Below are positions 27,286 to 36,440 of a stretch of DNA of 62,604 nt, piece by piece (the stretch's first letter is position 1; each line of letters begins with the position of its first letter). The notes under the pieces were generated by a model that was not told where the DNA came from, did not search any database, and saw nothing but the letters and a program-made list of their open reading frames with translations. Source of the DNA: a virus (Duplodnaviria; Caudoviricetes); the IMG/VR virus record IMGVR_UViG_3300044619_000874, positions 1 to 62,604 of that record, one strand, 5' to 3'. The position numbers and the translations under genes were made by a program.

Positions 27286-29519
27286 GGGAGGGGGTTCTCT
27301 TCTCGGCCACCAGCGCAACGAGGCTTGGCTCTCCGGGTATTTGCTTCCGGCACTGGAGGAACGGGTGCGGGGTAGGGGCCGCAAAACGCGCCAGCGGGGG
27401 TGGAGGAGCCGCTTGTGTCAAACACGGACAGTACGTTCGGGGCCGTCTCCCATGTCTTTGTGCGGCAGTTGTAAACGTAGGTGAGGTACTCGTACTTCGT
27501 GGAGGTACTGCACGCGGTGCAGCATACGTCACTCGCCTCGCAGTTTGCGGTAGCGACTACCTCCACGAGCCCGATGATGATCGCGTTCTTTTCGCGGAGT
27601 TCGTCGAACACTGAGCAATCCGCGCCGGGAAAGCAGTACGGCTGAAGGTCGTAGAAGTGAGACTCGGTTGTCGGGAAGTAGTTGGTCAGGAAACCGGATT
27701 CGGGGCTCGGCCCGCAGGTCACCATGTCGGCCTCTTCTACAGTCGCGGGCGGGGCGACGGGCGAGCAGTTACAGTCGCAGTCGATCACCGCGCCCGGCTC
27801 GTAGAAGGTTCCGCCCCACTCCTTGCATTTGTCCCGCGAGACGTACGAGAGCCCGTACTCGGTGCAGCATCCGCCGACAAAGTCGCCCCCGCATTGTTTG
27901 CCGCATGTCGGCTCGTCGTACGGGCCGTTGTCGTCGGGCTCGCACACGCCGTTCACGCAGGCGTACTTCTGCTTTGTGCAAGCCCCGTCGCAGTTCGGGT
28001 CGTCGTACCCGCCGTTGTCGTCGGGCACGCACTGGTCGTCAACGCAGGAGTACTTCTTGGGCTTGTTGCAGTTGCCGCCGCAGTCGTCTGTGTCGTACTC
28101 GCCGTCGGGGTCTTGGACGCAGGTCTTCGTGCCGTCCCCGTTGTCTTGGCAGGTGTACGCCTCCTTGCAATCTTCGGGGGCACCATCGAGGCAGGCGTCT
28201 TCGCTGTCGTACGGGCCAGAGTCGCCCGACGCGCACGCATCAGGGGCGGTGCAGTACCAGTACACCTTCGCGCACGCCGCCTCCTTGCACGCCACATCGT
28301 CGTCGTACGGCCCGCCCTTCTCCTCCGTGCCAGCAGGGCAGTTGCCCTTGTAGCAGTTGCGTTCGCCGTTGCTGTCCTCGCAGCAGTAGTACTTCTCGCA
28401 CTCGGGCTCGCAATCGTAGAGCGTGTCGTATGGCCCGCTGACCGCGTTCTCGCCGTAGTACTCGCACTCATCATCGCGGCATGTCTTGTTGCCGTCGCTG
28501 TCTTCGCAGCAGTAGTACTTGACGCCGCATTCGGACGAGCACTCGCGCGGCGTGGAGTACGGCCCGCCGTCCTCTGTCTGGTCGGGAGGGCACCCGTACT
28601 TGTAGCAGTCCTTGACGCCAGCATCGTCCTTGCAGCAGAAGTACACCGGGTCAGGCGGGCACTCGCCGTCGCAGTCGGGAGTGTCGTACTGATTGACGAT
28701 CACCGACGGGTCGATGGCGTCACTGAACGCCACGCACTCATAGCCGTCTACCGGGTACGGAGTCTTCTGGGCACAGACGTAGTAGACGGGGCACTTGTCG
28801 TTGCATTCAGTTTCGTCTGTGTACACGCCAACCGTCGTGGTGCCTGAAGGGCATTCGTCCGGGTGGCACGACCGAGTGCCGGTCGAGTCTTGGCAGCAGT
28901 AGTAGAGAGGCTTGCAGTTCGCATCGCATTCGTCGAAGTCAACGTACGGCCCGCCGACCTCGCTCATGCCTATCGGGCAGCCGCCAAGATGACACTCCTT
29001 CGGCCCGCCCGGAGACTGGCAGCAGTAGTACTGCGAGTCTTTGCAGTTGTCCTTGCAAACCTGCAAGTCGGTGTACGGCCCGGCCGGGTCTTCGGTGCAG
29101 TCGTAGGTGTCGGTGTTGCATTTGTAATGCGTCACCTTGCACTTGTCTTCACACTCCTCTGGCGTGTCGTAAACACCGTAAGAGTTGAATCCGAAGTACT
29201 CGCACTCCTGCGTGTAGCAGGCCCGGTCGTCTGGCGAGGGGCCGCAGCAGTAGTGCTTCTCTGGCTGGCAATATGCTTGGCACTCGATGAGTTCGGCGTA
29301 CGGGCCAGATACTTCAGGGAAGCAGGTGTACGAGTCGGTGTTGCAGGCGTATTGCTGGCACGCCTCTTCGCACTCGGTCTGTGAGGCGTATGTCCCGGCC
29401 GGGTCTTCGGTACAGGTGTGGGTGGAGGTGTCGCACTTCCACTTCTTGCAGCACAGGCACGAGGCGATGAACCCGGCAGCCCGGCGCAGCAGCCCACTGG
29501 CGTTGCGTGCAAGGGGCAT
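27282..29519 (-). CDS. Cysteine-rich tandem-repeat protein (virion operon)
   Basis: About 14 modules with 4 or 6 Cys, most carrying G(P/V)Y and ending CxxxC, plus a GGCC module. Confidence 0.8.
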   Translation of the reverse strand: MPLARNASGLLRRAAGFIASCLCCKKWKCDTSTHTCTEDPAGTYASQTECEEACQQYACNTDSYTCFPEVSGPYAELIECQAYCQPEKHYCCGPSPDDRACYTQECEYFGFNSYGVYDTPEECEDKCKVTHYKCNTDTYDCTEDPAGPYTDLQVCKDNCKDSQYYCCQSPGGPKECHLGGCPIGMSEVGGPYVDFDECDANCKPLYYCCQDSTGTRSCHPDECPSGTTTVGVYTDETECNDKCPVYYVCAQKTPYPVDGYECVAFSDAIDPSVIVNQYDTPDCDGECPPDPVYFCCKDDAGVKDCYKYGCPPDQTEDGGPYSTPRECSSECGVKYYCCEDSDGNKTCRDDECEYYGENAVSGPYDTLYDCEPECEKYYCCEDSNGERNCYKGNCPAGTEEKGGPYDDDVACKEAACAKVYWYCTAPDACASGDSGPYDSEDACLDGAPEDCKEAYTCQDNGDGTKTCVQDPDGEYDTDDCGGNCNKPKKYSCVDDQCVPDDNGGYDDPNCDGACTKQKYACVNGVCEPDDNGPYDEPTCGKQCGGDFVGGCCTEYGLSYVSRDKCKEWGGTFYEPGAVIDCDCNCSPVAPPATVEEADMVTCGPSPESGFLTNYFPTTESHFYDLQPYCFPGADCSVFDELREKNAIIIGLVEVVATANCEASDVCCTACSTSTKYEYLTYVYNCRTKTWETAPNVLSVFDTSGSSTPAGAFCGPYPAPVPPVPEANTRRAKPRCAGGREENPLP

Positions 29520-29521
29520 GG

Positions 29522-30319
29522 CTACACCGTGCAGTCGGTTACGGGGATGTCAATCGGCCCGGCAGATTCTGCGGGCGAGCCAAGCACATAGCGGCTCTCC
29601 CGCTTGAAGGTGAGCGCGCCGCTGCTGTCTATGACGTCGTAGACGTACTCCATCTGCTCAAGCGGAATCGAATCATCGACCTCTGCGTCTGCGCCGAATC
29701 CGAATATCGTGCGCTTGCGAAGCGCAAGCCGCTCTCCCTCGATAGATATGCCGGTGATGACCTCGATGGTTTCGCCCTTCGGCTTGATGGTGAACTCAAG
29801 ACCGTTCCGATCCACCCCAAAGACCTTCTCGTTGCTGCTCTTGACGTTGAGCCTGCGGCCTCGAAGGGTATTGCTCTCGAACGTGGCAACCTCGCCGTTG
29901 CCCCCGCTGCCGTTGAGCGAGACTCGCGGGCCATCGACTCGAATGAACGGGCCAGCCGAAATGGAAAAGGAGTTGCGGTAGACGTTGGTGTTCGTCGGCT
30001 GGAAGGGCTCGCGGAGGGGGCGATCCTCTGTCTCTGGCGCGGGAGGTCGGCGGTCGTCCTCTGCACGCTTCTCCTCCTGTGGCGGCCGGATGCGTGGCAT
30101 CTCGCCGCTGATCTGCTCTAGGTTGGGGAAGCGGTACTTGCGGAGTTCCGGCGTGACGAACTTGAAGTCGGGAGGAGTCGCGTCAACAGACACGGGGCCG
30201 CGATGGATAAGGGCTTGCGAGCAGTTACCAATCGCTGACATGGCACTGTTGGCCGCCAGCGGATTGATCCCGCCGTCGATAAGTGCCTGCTCTAGGCGAA
30301 CCGCCTGCTTGGTAAGCAT
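29522..30319 (-). CDS. Putative tail protein
   Basis: 265 aa between nozzle-like gene and Cys-rich gene; beta-rich C-terminus. Confidence 0.5.
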   Translation of the reverse strand: MLTKQAVRLEQALIDGGINPLAANSAMSAIGNCSQALIHRGPVSVDATPPDFKFVTPELRKYRFPNLEQISGEMPRIRPPQEEKRAEDDRRPPAPETEDRPLREPFQPTNTNVYRNSFSISAGPFIRVDGPRVSLNGSGGNGEVATFESNTLRGRRLNVKSSNEKVFGVDRNGLEFTIKPKGETIEVITGISIEGERLALRKRTIFGFGADAEVDDSIPLEQMEYVYDVIDSSGALTFKRESRYVLGSPAESAGPIDIPVTDCTV

Positions 30320-30320
30320 G

Positions 30321-33300
30321 TCAGGCTCCCGGCGTTCCGAAGACGTCTACCGAGTGAATCTCGATGGGCCCGGTCGTAGAACGCTCTGCCGACAGTTCGA
30401 TGGCTACATGGCGGTCGTTGCCCTGTATGTCATCGACGGTGTGCGAAGAGAACAGAGCACGACACACGCCGGTAGAGATGCGGTCGGGCAGCAGGCCAGC
30501 GTCCATGTCGAGCGTGACGCACGGCTCTTGCGTCTGGTACACGACGCCCGTCCCGCGATCTCTCGCCGCTACATTGACTCGCGGGTGAGGCGAGTTGTTG
30601 TAGTACATGCGGAGTTTCATCAGGCTCGGGCCAGCGGTGGGGGTGAACAGCAGGCCGACGTTGCGGTTCTTGTCTGCCATCTCCACAGGCAAGGAGTCGT
30701 GCGGGTACTCCATGTTCCCTGACTTGAACCAGCACGGGATCGGGGCGGAGTTATTGTCCCCAACCGTGCAGGTGGCCGTTGCCCGTACGCCACCAGCGGG
30801 CGGAGGGTCAATGCTTACGCTTGCCGTCGTATAGCCGTAGCCGCCGTACCGCAGGTACACGCCAAGCAGCGTGCCGTCGCCAGAGATGGCGGCTTCGGCC
30901 ACAGCCCCATCGCCGTTGCCAGAGATAGTCACCTGTGGCGTCTTGGTGTAGCCCTTGCCGGGATTCGTGAGGGTGATGGTTTGGATCGAGTCGCACTCGA
31001 CGTCTTTGTCGCCAGAGTTGACCTCGTACAACTTCCCTTCCGGCCCGCCGTAGATGCAGCGGCTCACGCCAGCCGCGTCCCGAACTGTGGCGGAGCCCAC
31101 GAGAGCGGCTGGGTACCGCTCCTCCCACCACCCCTGCGCGTCGAACGAGAAGCAGAGCATCCGGGTGGGGTACTTGCCGGGCCCATCCCCCTTGAACCGC
31201 ACAGCCACGCGGAGGCAACGTGTCTTGCGGTCGGCCGTCACGGAGAACCAATCGTCCTGTGCGAAGTCGATCTTGTCGTCGAACAGGCTGCGGATACCGA
31301 GCGAGAGCGGCTGTACTTGCCCGCTTGCGTCCATCGCGTACACCCCTTGCGTGTCCATGCAGTAGACGAGACCCTCGAACTCATCCCAGCACCGCTGATT
31401 CAAGCACCCGCGATACGCTGCGATCTGGACGTTGGCGTCGATGATGGGCTGCGAGACGTAGGACAGGCGGTAAGAATGCCGCGTCTGCATCACCCCCAGT
31501 GAGGAGCCGTACGGAATCAGTGCCGTGATGTGGTCGTGACCCTTGACGTTCGTCTGGATGTTGATCTGGTTGATGTCAGGGCAGGACTCGGGCTCGTTGT
31601 ACTCTGAGAACTTGAGCCGGTTCGGACTGTTGCCGCCCGTGTCTACAGCCATCCACAGGCGGTCTTGAAACATCACCGCCACCGTCTTGTTCTTCGGCGG
31701 CACGCCAAAGCGATTCGCGTTGAGTTCGCCGTTCGGCAGCAGCACCGGCATGGCGGCGTAACCGGCGCGGTCGTAGTCAGTGAGTTGCTGGTCGGAGAGT
31801 TTGTCGGTGAATGAGGTTACGCCGCTGGCTACGCGATAGACCGTGTACGCCTGATCGCTCGTTGTGCGCCAGAGTTCGACCCTGAGTGGTCGTTGCGTGG
31901 CACTCGCTGGTGGCGGTGCCGCCACGACCCATGTCAACTGCTCGGCCCCCTCTCCAGTGTCGATGGTCGTTACGGGGGAGAGGCTGGAGCAGATAGGCCC
32001 GCCGCGATCTTCTGGGGTGTCGTCAACGTAGCGGTAGTAGCAGTCGTACTTACCTCGAATGTGAGGTCGGATAATGGCGACCGCTTTCGCGCCGCCGACG
32101 GGCACGCTGAGTTTCGGGGGGGAAGTGTACGAGCCACCCTTGAGGACGTTGACGGCCGTGATCTTGCCGTCCTTTACTGTGGTTTCGAGCACCGCTCCGT
32201 AGCCGTCGGAGTCGTCTACCTGAATGAAGGGCGGAACAGTGAACCCAGTGCCACCATCGTCTACCTTGACGCTCTTGATCGCGTAGGTTGAAGCAGCAGT
32301 GTCATCCCCCGCTCCGATAGTTGACTCGTGGGAGTAGAAGGCGATCCGCAGCGCAGAGGAGCCGCCACACTCGCCGGGCTTGTCGCCCACACCCAGCCTG
32401 CCCGAAGCGTGTATCTCGTACGCGACGTCCTTGTCGTACGGGCCGCCGCCGTTGGTGCCCTGTATGCCGCCGTTGCCGGGAGCGTAGCCCGGAATGTATA
32501 TGGTGCGGCCGCTAGTAAGAATCTCGACGCTGATCGGCGATCCTGCGGGGTAAAGCGCCGTGACGCTGGGCGGGAAACCCTCTGGGCCCGTTATGAGTCG
32601 CGTGCCGAAGGTGAGCAGCACCACCGCAGCGGTAGTGCTACCTGCAACCTTTACGACAAACTGGATTTCAGCCCCCCGATACCCAGCGTAGTACCAGACA
32701 CTCCCGTTCATGTCGGCGTAGTCCACCCAACTGCTTTGGATGATGTTCCCCATGCCGGGAACGAGCAGTTGCGGTGCGCCACCGCCCCCGCTAGTGATCA
32801 CCGCAGGCAGGCAGATGTACGGGGATGGCCTCGACACGACGCGGTACTTGCCGATGGCCTTCGGGTTGGAGACTGGGGTGGTCGGGCCGGTCGGGTCAGG
32901 CGTGTCGCCGTCCAGTGTGGCCGTGAGGGCCCCGAACTTGGAGTGCTGGTCTCCCAGTATCACGGTCGGCGTGGACTCATAGCCCTCGCCGTACTCCAGC
33001 ATGGAGAAGTCGCCCACCGCGTTGCCGGTGAGGAAGGCGCGGGCCTTCGCAACCTTGTCGGGACTGCCGCCGTCTATCGTCACCTTCGGGGCAGAGGTGT
33101 AGTAGTTGCCGCCCTCGATAACGTCGATGCGGGCGACGTAACTTTTCGGCGTTCCAGACGGCGTGACCGACGGCTTCGAGTTTGGGGCGTCGATGCCCAT
33201 GTCAACCGCCTCCGCATTCGTCAGATCAATGCGTGACGGGCGGATGCCGTTGCCCTGAAACAGGTAGCCGTATTTGTTCGGGCCTACCGCCAGCGTGGCC

Positions 33301-33332
33301 GGAGTGCTCTTTGCGATGGTACGGAGAAGCAT
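30321..33332 (-). CDS. Tail nozzle/stabilization-like protein with inserted beta repeats
   Basis: FQDRLW, KFSE.NEPE, ITALIPYGSSL, GCLNQRC; repeated GxGYTxxPxVT modules. Confidence 0.65.
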   Translation of the reverse strand: MLLRTIAKSTPATLAVGPNKYGYLFQGNGIRPSRIDLTNAEAVDMGIDAPNSKPSVTPSGTPKSYVARIDVIEGGNYYTSAPKVTIDGGSPDKVAKARAFLTGNAVGDFSMLEYGEGYESTPTVILGDQHSKFGALTATLDGDTPDPTGPTTPVSNPKAIGKYRVVSRPSPYICLPAVITSGGGGAPQLLVPGMGNIIQSSWVDYADMNGSVWYYAGYRGAEIQFVVKVAGSTTAAVVLLTFGTRLITGPEGFPPSVTALYPAGSPISVEILTSGRTIYIPGYAPGNGGIQGTNGGGPYDKDVAYEIHASGRLGVGDKPGECGGSSALRIAFYSHESTIGAGDDTAASTYAIKSVKVDDGGTGFTVPPFIQVDDSDGYGAVLETTVKDGKITAVNVLKGGSYTSPPKLSVPVGGAKAVAIIRPHIRGKYDCYYRYVDDTPEDRGGPICSSLSPVTTIDTGEGAEQLTWVVAAPPPASATQRPLRVELWRTTSDQAYTVYRVASGVTSFTDKLSDQQLTDYDRAGYAAMPVLLPNGELNANRFGVPPKNKTVAVMFQDRLWMAVDTGGNSPNRLKFSEYNEPESCPDINQINIQTNVKGHDHITALIPYGSSLGVMQTRHSYRLSYVSQPIIDANVQIAAYRGCLNQRCWDEFEGLVYCMDTQGVYAMDASGQVQPLSLGIRSLFDDKIDFAQDDWFSVTADRKTRCLRVAVRFKGDGPGKYPTRMLCFSFDAQGWWEERYPAALVGSATVRDAAGVSRCIYGGPEGKLYEVNSGDKDVECDSIQTITLTNPGKGYTKTPQVTISGNGDGAVAEAAISGDGTLLGVYLRYGGYGYTTASVSIDPPPAGGVRATATCTVGDNNSAPIPCWFKSGNMEYPHDSLPVEMADKNRNVGLLFTPTAGPSLMKLRMYYNNSPHPRVNVAARDRGTGVVYQTQEPCVTLDMDAGLLPDRISTGVCRALFSSHTVDDIQGNDRHVAIELSAERSTTGPIEIHSVDVFGTPGA

Positions 33333-33342
33333 CGCATCCTCG

Positions 33343-33618
33343 CTACGCTACGGCCGGAATGAGGTACAGATTGCCTCTGACGTCCAGCGTCAGGACGGTG
33401 TCGGGCTTCCCGACGCCGCCAGAGATCACCCACATCTGCTCGACCAAGTCGCTGCCGCCAGCGTTGTTGGGATCGCCCATCAGCCGCATGCCGCCGCGAC
33501 TGGTGAGTTGGCCGGGCTTCGACAACATGAAGTTGCACTGCTGCGTGGCCCCGCCCGGAGGCACGGCATAGGGCGAGGCTTGGGTTACAAGCCCTCCCCA
33601 CTTCTGAATCCGCTGCAT
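33343..33618 (-). CDS. Small tail protein resembling a nozzle N-terminal segment
   Basis: WGGLVT..SP..VP.G....N....PGQL..RGG. Confidence 0.5.
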   Translation of the reverse strand: MQRIQKWGGLVTQASPYAVPPGGATQQCNFMLSKPGQLTSRGGMRLMGDPNNAGGSDLVEQMWVISGGVGKPDTVLTLDVRGNLYLIPAVA

Positions 33619-33621
33619 GGC

Positions 33622-34578
33622 TTACGCCCCCTGATCGGGGCCGAGCGGTGCGTAGGTTCCGGCGTACTGCGTGGTCACAGCGTCGGGCGTCCGGTCGTAC
33701 GGGGCTCGGCGACCCGAGATCGGAGCGATCACATCACCTTCCATCGCGAGTTTCAGATCGCGCTGGTACAGGCCAACGGCGGCGTTGATGTCCTTGCCCA
33801 TCATGCGGGCCATCCAGAGTTCGGAGCCCGTGAGGATGGCGGAGAACATGCCCGGCGACACATCGAGGTAGTCGCTGATGACGTACCGGCACTGTTCGGT
33901 GAACGCGCCAATGTTGGAGTCCAACAGCAGCGAAGTAGAGGAGGCGCGCGTCGTGATGCGGGCCTGTGCCTGATACGGGTAGAACCCGGAGAGCGGCTCC
34001 GGGTAGTTGCCCGGCGTGCCGATACGGAAGATCGAGCCTACGCAGCGGGCCGGGAAGTTCGTGCTGATGCCCGTGACGGTCGTGCCGTTGGAAGTGACAA
34101 ACCCCGTCCGCACCTGCGTCTCGTACCCCATCAGCGTCAGCGGCTTCGGGGCGCGGCGGTAGGTGTACTGGATGGCTGTGTTCGTGGCGAACTTGCCGCC
34201 GATGCACAGTTCCCATCGGTCGAAGAAGGCGGGGTCAGTGCTCTTGCGCACCGTCCAGTAAACGGCCTCGCCCAACGTGAGTTGGCTCTGTTCAAGCCGT
34301 AGCCACTCGGCCGGGCTGATGTACGAGGTCACCGTCGTGCGGTCGGGGAGCACGATGGCATCGACGTTCTTGCAGTCCTCCGGCAGCGGGTAGGTGTTGT
34401 CGGTCGGGGTTACGTTGATCGTGCCCGTCGTGACATGCCACAGCCAGTCTTTGGCGTTGCACACATCCCGGTAGGAGTGATGAACAGAGGCGCGGATGAC
34501 GCGGTGCTCCTGATCCTGCGATCCGCCACCAGCGGACTGCATGAGGTATTCGATTGCGTCGTGGGCACAGTAGTGCAT
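33622..34578 (-). CDS. Head-tail adaptor / tail tubular protein A-like
   Basis: DWLW...TYPLPED...YTYRRAP; position before nozzle genes. Confidence 0.65.
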   Translation of the reverse strand: MHYCAHDAIEYLMQSAGGGSQDQEHRVIRASVHHSYRDVCNAKDWLWHVTTGTINVTPTDNTYPLPEDCKNVDAIVLPDRTTVTSYISPAEWLRLEQSQLTLGEAVYWTVRKSTDPAFFDRWELCIGGKFATNTAIQYTYRRAPKPLTLMGYETQVRTGFVTSNGTTVTGISTNFPARCVGSIFRIGTPGNYPEPLSGFYPYQAQARITTRASSTSLLLDSNIGAFTEQCRYVISDYLDVSPGMFSAILTGSELWMARMMGKDINAAVGLYQRDLKLAMEGDVIAPISGRRAPYDRTPDAVTTQYAGTYAPLGPDQGA

Positions 34579-34606
34579 GGTCGTCTCCTAGAGTCTGGTC
34601 TGTGTG

Positions 34607-34807
34607 TTACTTGTGCTTTACGCCAGCGATCTTGTCCTTCGCAAACTGGATCACCTCTGGCGTCCAGTGCTGGGCAGCCATGTCCTTGACCGCTTGCGGG
34701 GCGTTATCGGGCAGCGGGCGAGCAGGCGAGTAGGTGCAGGCCCACAGGGTTCCGTTGCGGTTCTCGATGTAACTGATGACGCCGTGCTTTCCGATAGTCG
34801 TTCGCAT
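34607..34807 (-). CDS. Small fibre-associated protein
   Basis: 66 aa, HWTPEVI; follows fibre gene with TGATG overlap. Confidence 0.5.
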   Translation of the reverse strand: MRTTIGKHGVISYIENRNGTLWACTYSPARPLPDNAPQAVKDMAAQHWTPEVIQFAKDKIAGVKHK

Positions 34808-35334
34808 CAGAGGCTCCCCCGCAGCGGCGGATCGTCGGTCAAGTATGTGAAAGAGACAGAGAAGCCGCTCCCGGCGTCTTCACCGTCCTCAATCACCATC
34901 ACGGGGGCTTCTGCGTCAGCGTATGCGAGACTCCCGATGATCTTGCCTGCGGACGAGATCACCACTCCGGCGTAAGGATTCCGCGAGGTTTGCCCACTGG
35001 TCATGGTTTCCTTTATTGAAAACGGAAGCCCAAGCAGGGTGCTGTCGGGTCGCACGTCTGCGGCTTCAGCACTTGAAACGCCGATGAACAGGGTGACGAG
35101 TTGACCACTGCGAACCCAGTATCCTGCGCACGACGTGTCGATGGTCGCGTCATTACCGGGCGCAAGAAACTGCGGCTGCCACTCGCCGCTGAACTGCGTT
35201 TCGCCCTCCACGAGCAAGAAGCCATCGCTGCCCAGTGTGAGAGCGTTCCCAGCGTCAGCACTGACCGTAGACGGGCCGGGAGGCCCCTTGAGGGACTGCC
35301 ACCCGGCACCGTCGTATACCTTGACGTCCTTCAA
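34807..35334 (-). CDS. Tail fibre tip protein
   Basis: VKVYDGAGW start, GPPGP, VSADAGNALTLGSDG, GYWVRSGQLVTL...GLPF. Confidence 0.7.
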   Translation of the reverse strand: MKDVKVYDGAGWQSLKGPPGPSTVSADAGNALTLGSDGFLLVEGETQFSGEWQPQFLAPGNDATIDTSCAGYWVRSGQLVTLFIGVSSAEAADVRPDSTLLGLPFSIKETMTSGQTSRNPYAGVVISSAGKIIGSLAYADAEAPVMVIEDGEDAGSGFSVSFTYLTDDPPLRGSL

Positions 35335-35338
35335 TGGA

Positions 35339-36223
35339 CTACTCCTCGATCCAGAAGTCGCCGATGGCTGCGGTGGCGGGCTGCGTCGGGCTCTTGGTCA
35401 CAGCGACCGAGCGGCCATCAGCACCGTCTGCGCCCGGAGCACCATCGGCACCGGCGTCGCCCTTGTCGCCCTTTTCGCCAGCCGCAGCGGCGGCACCGTC
35501 AGCACCCTTTGAGGCGATGAGTTGCCACGATGCGGGCTCGGCGTCGGGCGTGACGCCCGTGCTACTCGGGTTGGCGATCTGGACGTAGGACGATCCGAGA
35601 TACGTCACGACGTCGTAGTTGTCGTAGTCGGGGCCAGCGACGAACTCGCCCTTGTAGGTGAACCCTTGACCGTCGGCACCGGGAGCCCCGTCAGCACCCG
35701 CCGCACCGTCAGCACCCTTCGTGGCGAGGGGAGCCCACGCAGTCGTGTCGGTGATGTCCTCGTCGCCGAACCCAGCGATCATGATGTAGGTGGTGCCTTG
35801 ATAGGTCACCACATCGTTGACGGCATATGCACTGCCGTCCCACTCACCCCGAAAGGTGAAGCCAACGCCATCGGCACCCGGAGCCCCGTCAGCACCAGCC
35901 TGACCGTCTTGGCCCGGAGCACCATCGGCACCGTCCGCACCGTCCTTGCCCGCCGGGCCGCGAATGCTGCCGACGTTCACCCACGAGGTGCCGTCCCACA
36001 CGAGGCCCTCGCCGGGATTCGTGCCAGCAGGGAAGCCAGCCGGAACCGGATCGGCAACGATCCACATGTCGCCAACGTCAGGGGTAGCGGACGGTGGGTA
36101 GACAGAGGCAGTGCCCTTGATGTCTACGCCGGAGCCGTCCTTGCCGTCCTTGCCGTCCGCGCCCGGAGGCCCGACGATGGAGACCCACGCTGTGCCGTCA
36201 AAGATGCTGACGTTCTTTGCCAT
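35339..36223 (-). CDS. Collagen-like tail fibre protein
   Basis: Gly-X-Y runs (GADGAPG); two G(E)W/F...Y...DVVTY.G modules. Confidence 0.8.
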   Translation of the reverse strand: MAKNVSIFDGTAWVSIVGPPGADGKDGKDGSGVDIKGTASVYPPSATPDVGDMWIVADPVPAGFPAGTNPGEGLVWDGTSWVNVGSIRGPAGKDGADGADGAPGQDGQAGADGAPGADGVGFTFRGEWDGSAYAVNDVVTYQGTTYIMIAGFGDEDITDTTAWAPLATKGADGAAGADGAPGADGQGFTYKGEFVAGPDYDNYDVVTYLGSSYVQIANPSSTGVTPDAEPASWQLIASKGADGAAAAAGEKGDKGDAGADGAPGADGADGRSVAVTKSPTQPATAAIGDFWIEE

Positions 36224-36235
36224 TGCTATCTGCCT

Positions 36236-36439
36236 CTAGGTGTTACTGATCCACACGGTTCCCGGCTTCGCACTTGCGGGCTGGGTGTTCTGCACTAGGA
36301 CTTCCACTGACTCGCCAGCGTCGCCCTTATCGCCTTTGTCGCCCTTGTCGCCTTTGGGGCCGGGCGTGCCTCCACCGCTCCCAGTGGTTATGGGCTTCCA
36401 CGAGTCGGTATCGACGTCGAAGTAGTAAATGACTGCCAT
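36236..36439 (-). CDS. Short collagen-like fibre connector
   Basis: GPKGDKGDKGDKGDAG; C-terminal QP....GTVW. Confidence 0.7.
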   Translation of the reverse strand: MAVIYYFDVDTDSWKPITTGSGGGTPGPKGDKGDKGDKGDAGESVEVLVQNTQPASAKPGTVWISNT

Positions 36440-36440
36440 G

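Noticed and set aside
27657-28847. 396-aa + strand ORF
   Set aside because: Antisense shadow of the Cys-rich gene; Val/Ala/Arg-rich composition is typical of reverse-frame ORFs in GC-rich DNA.
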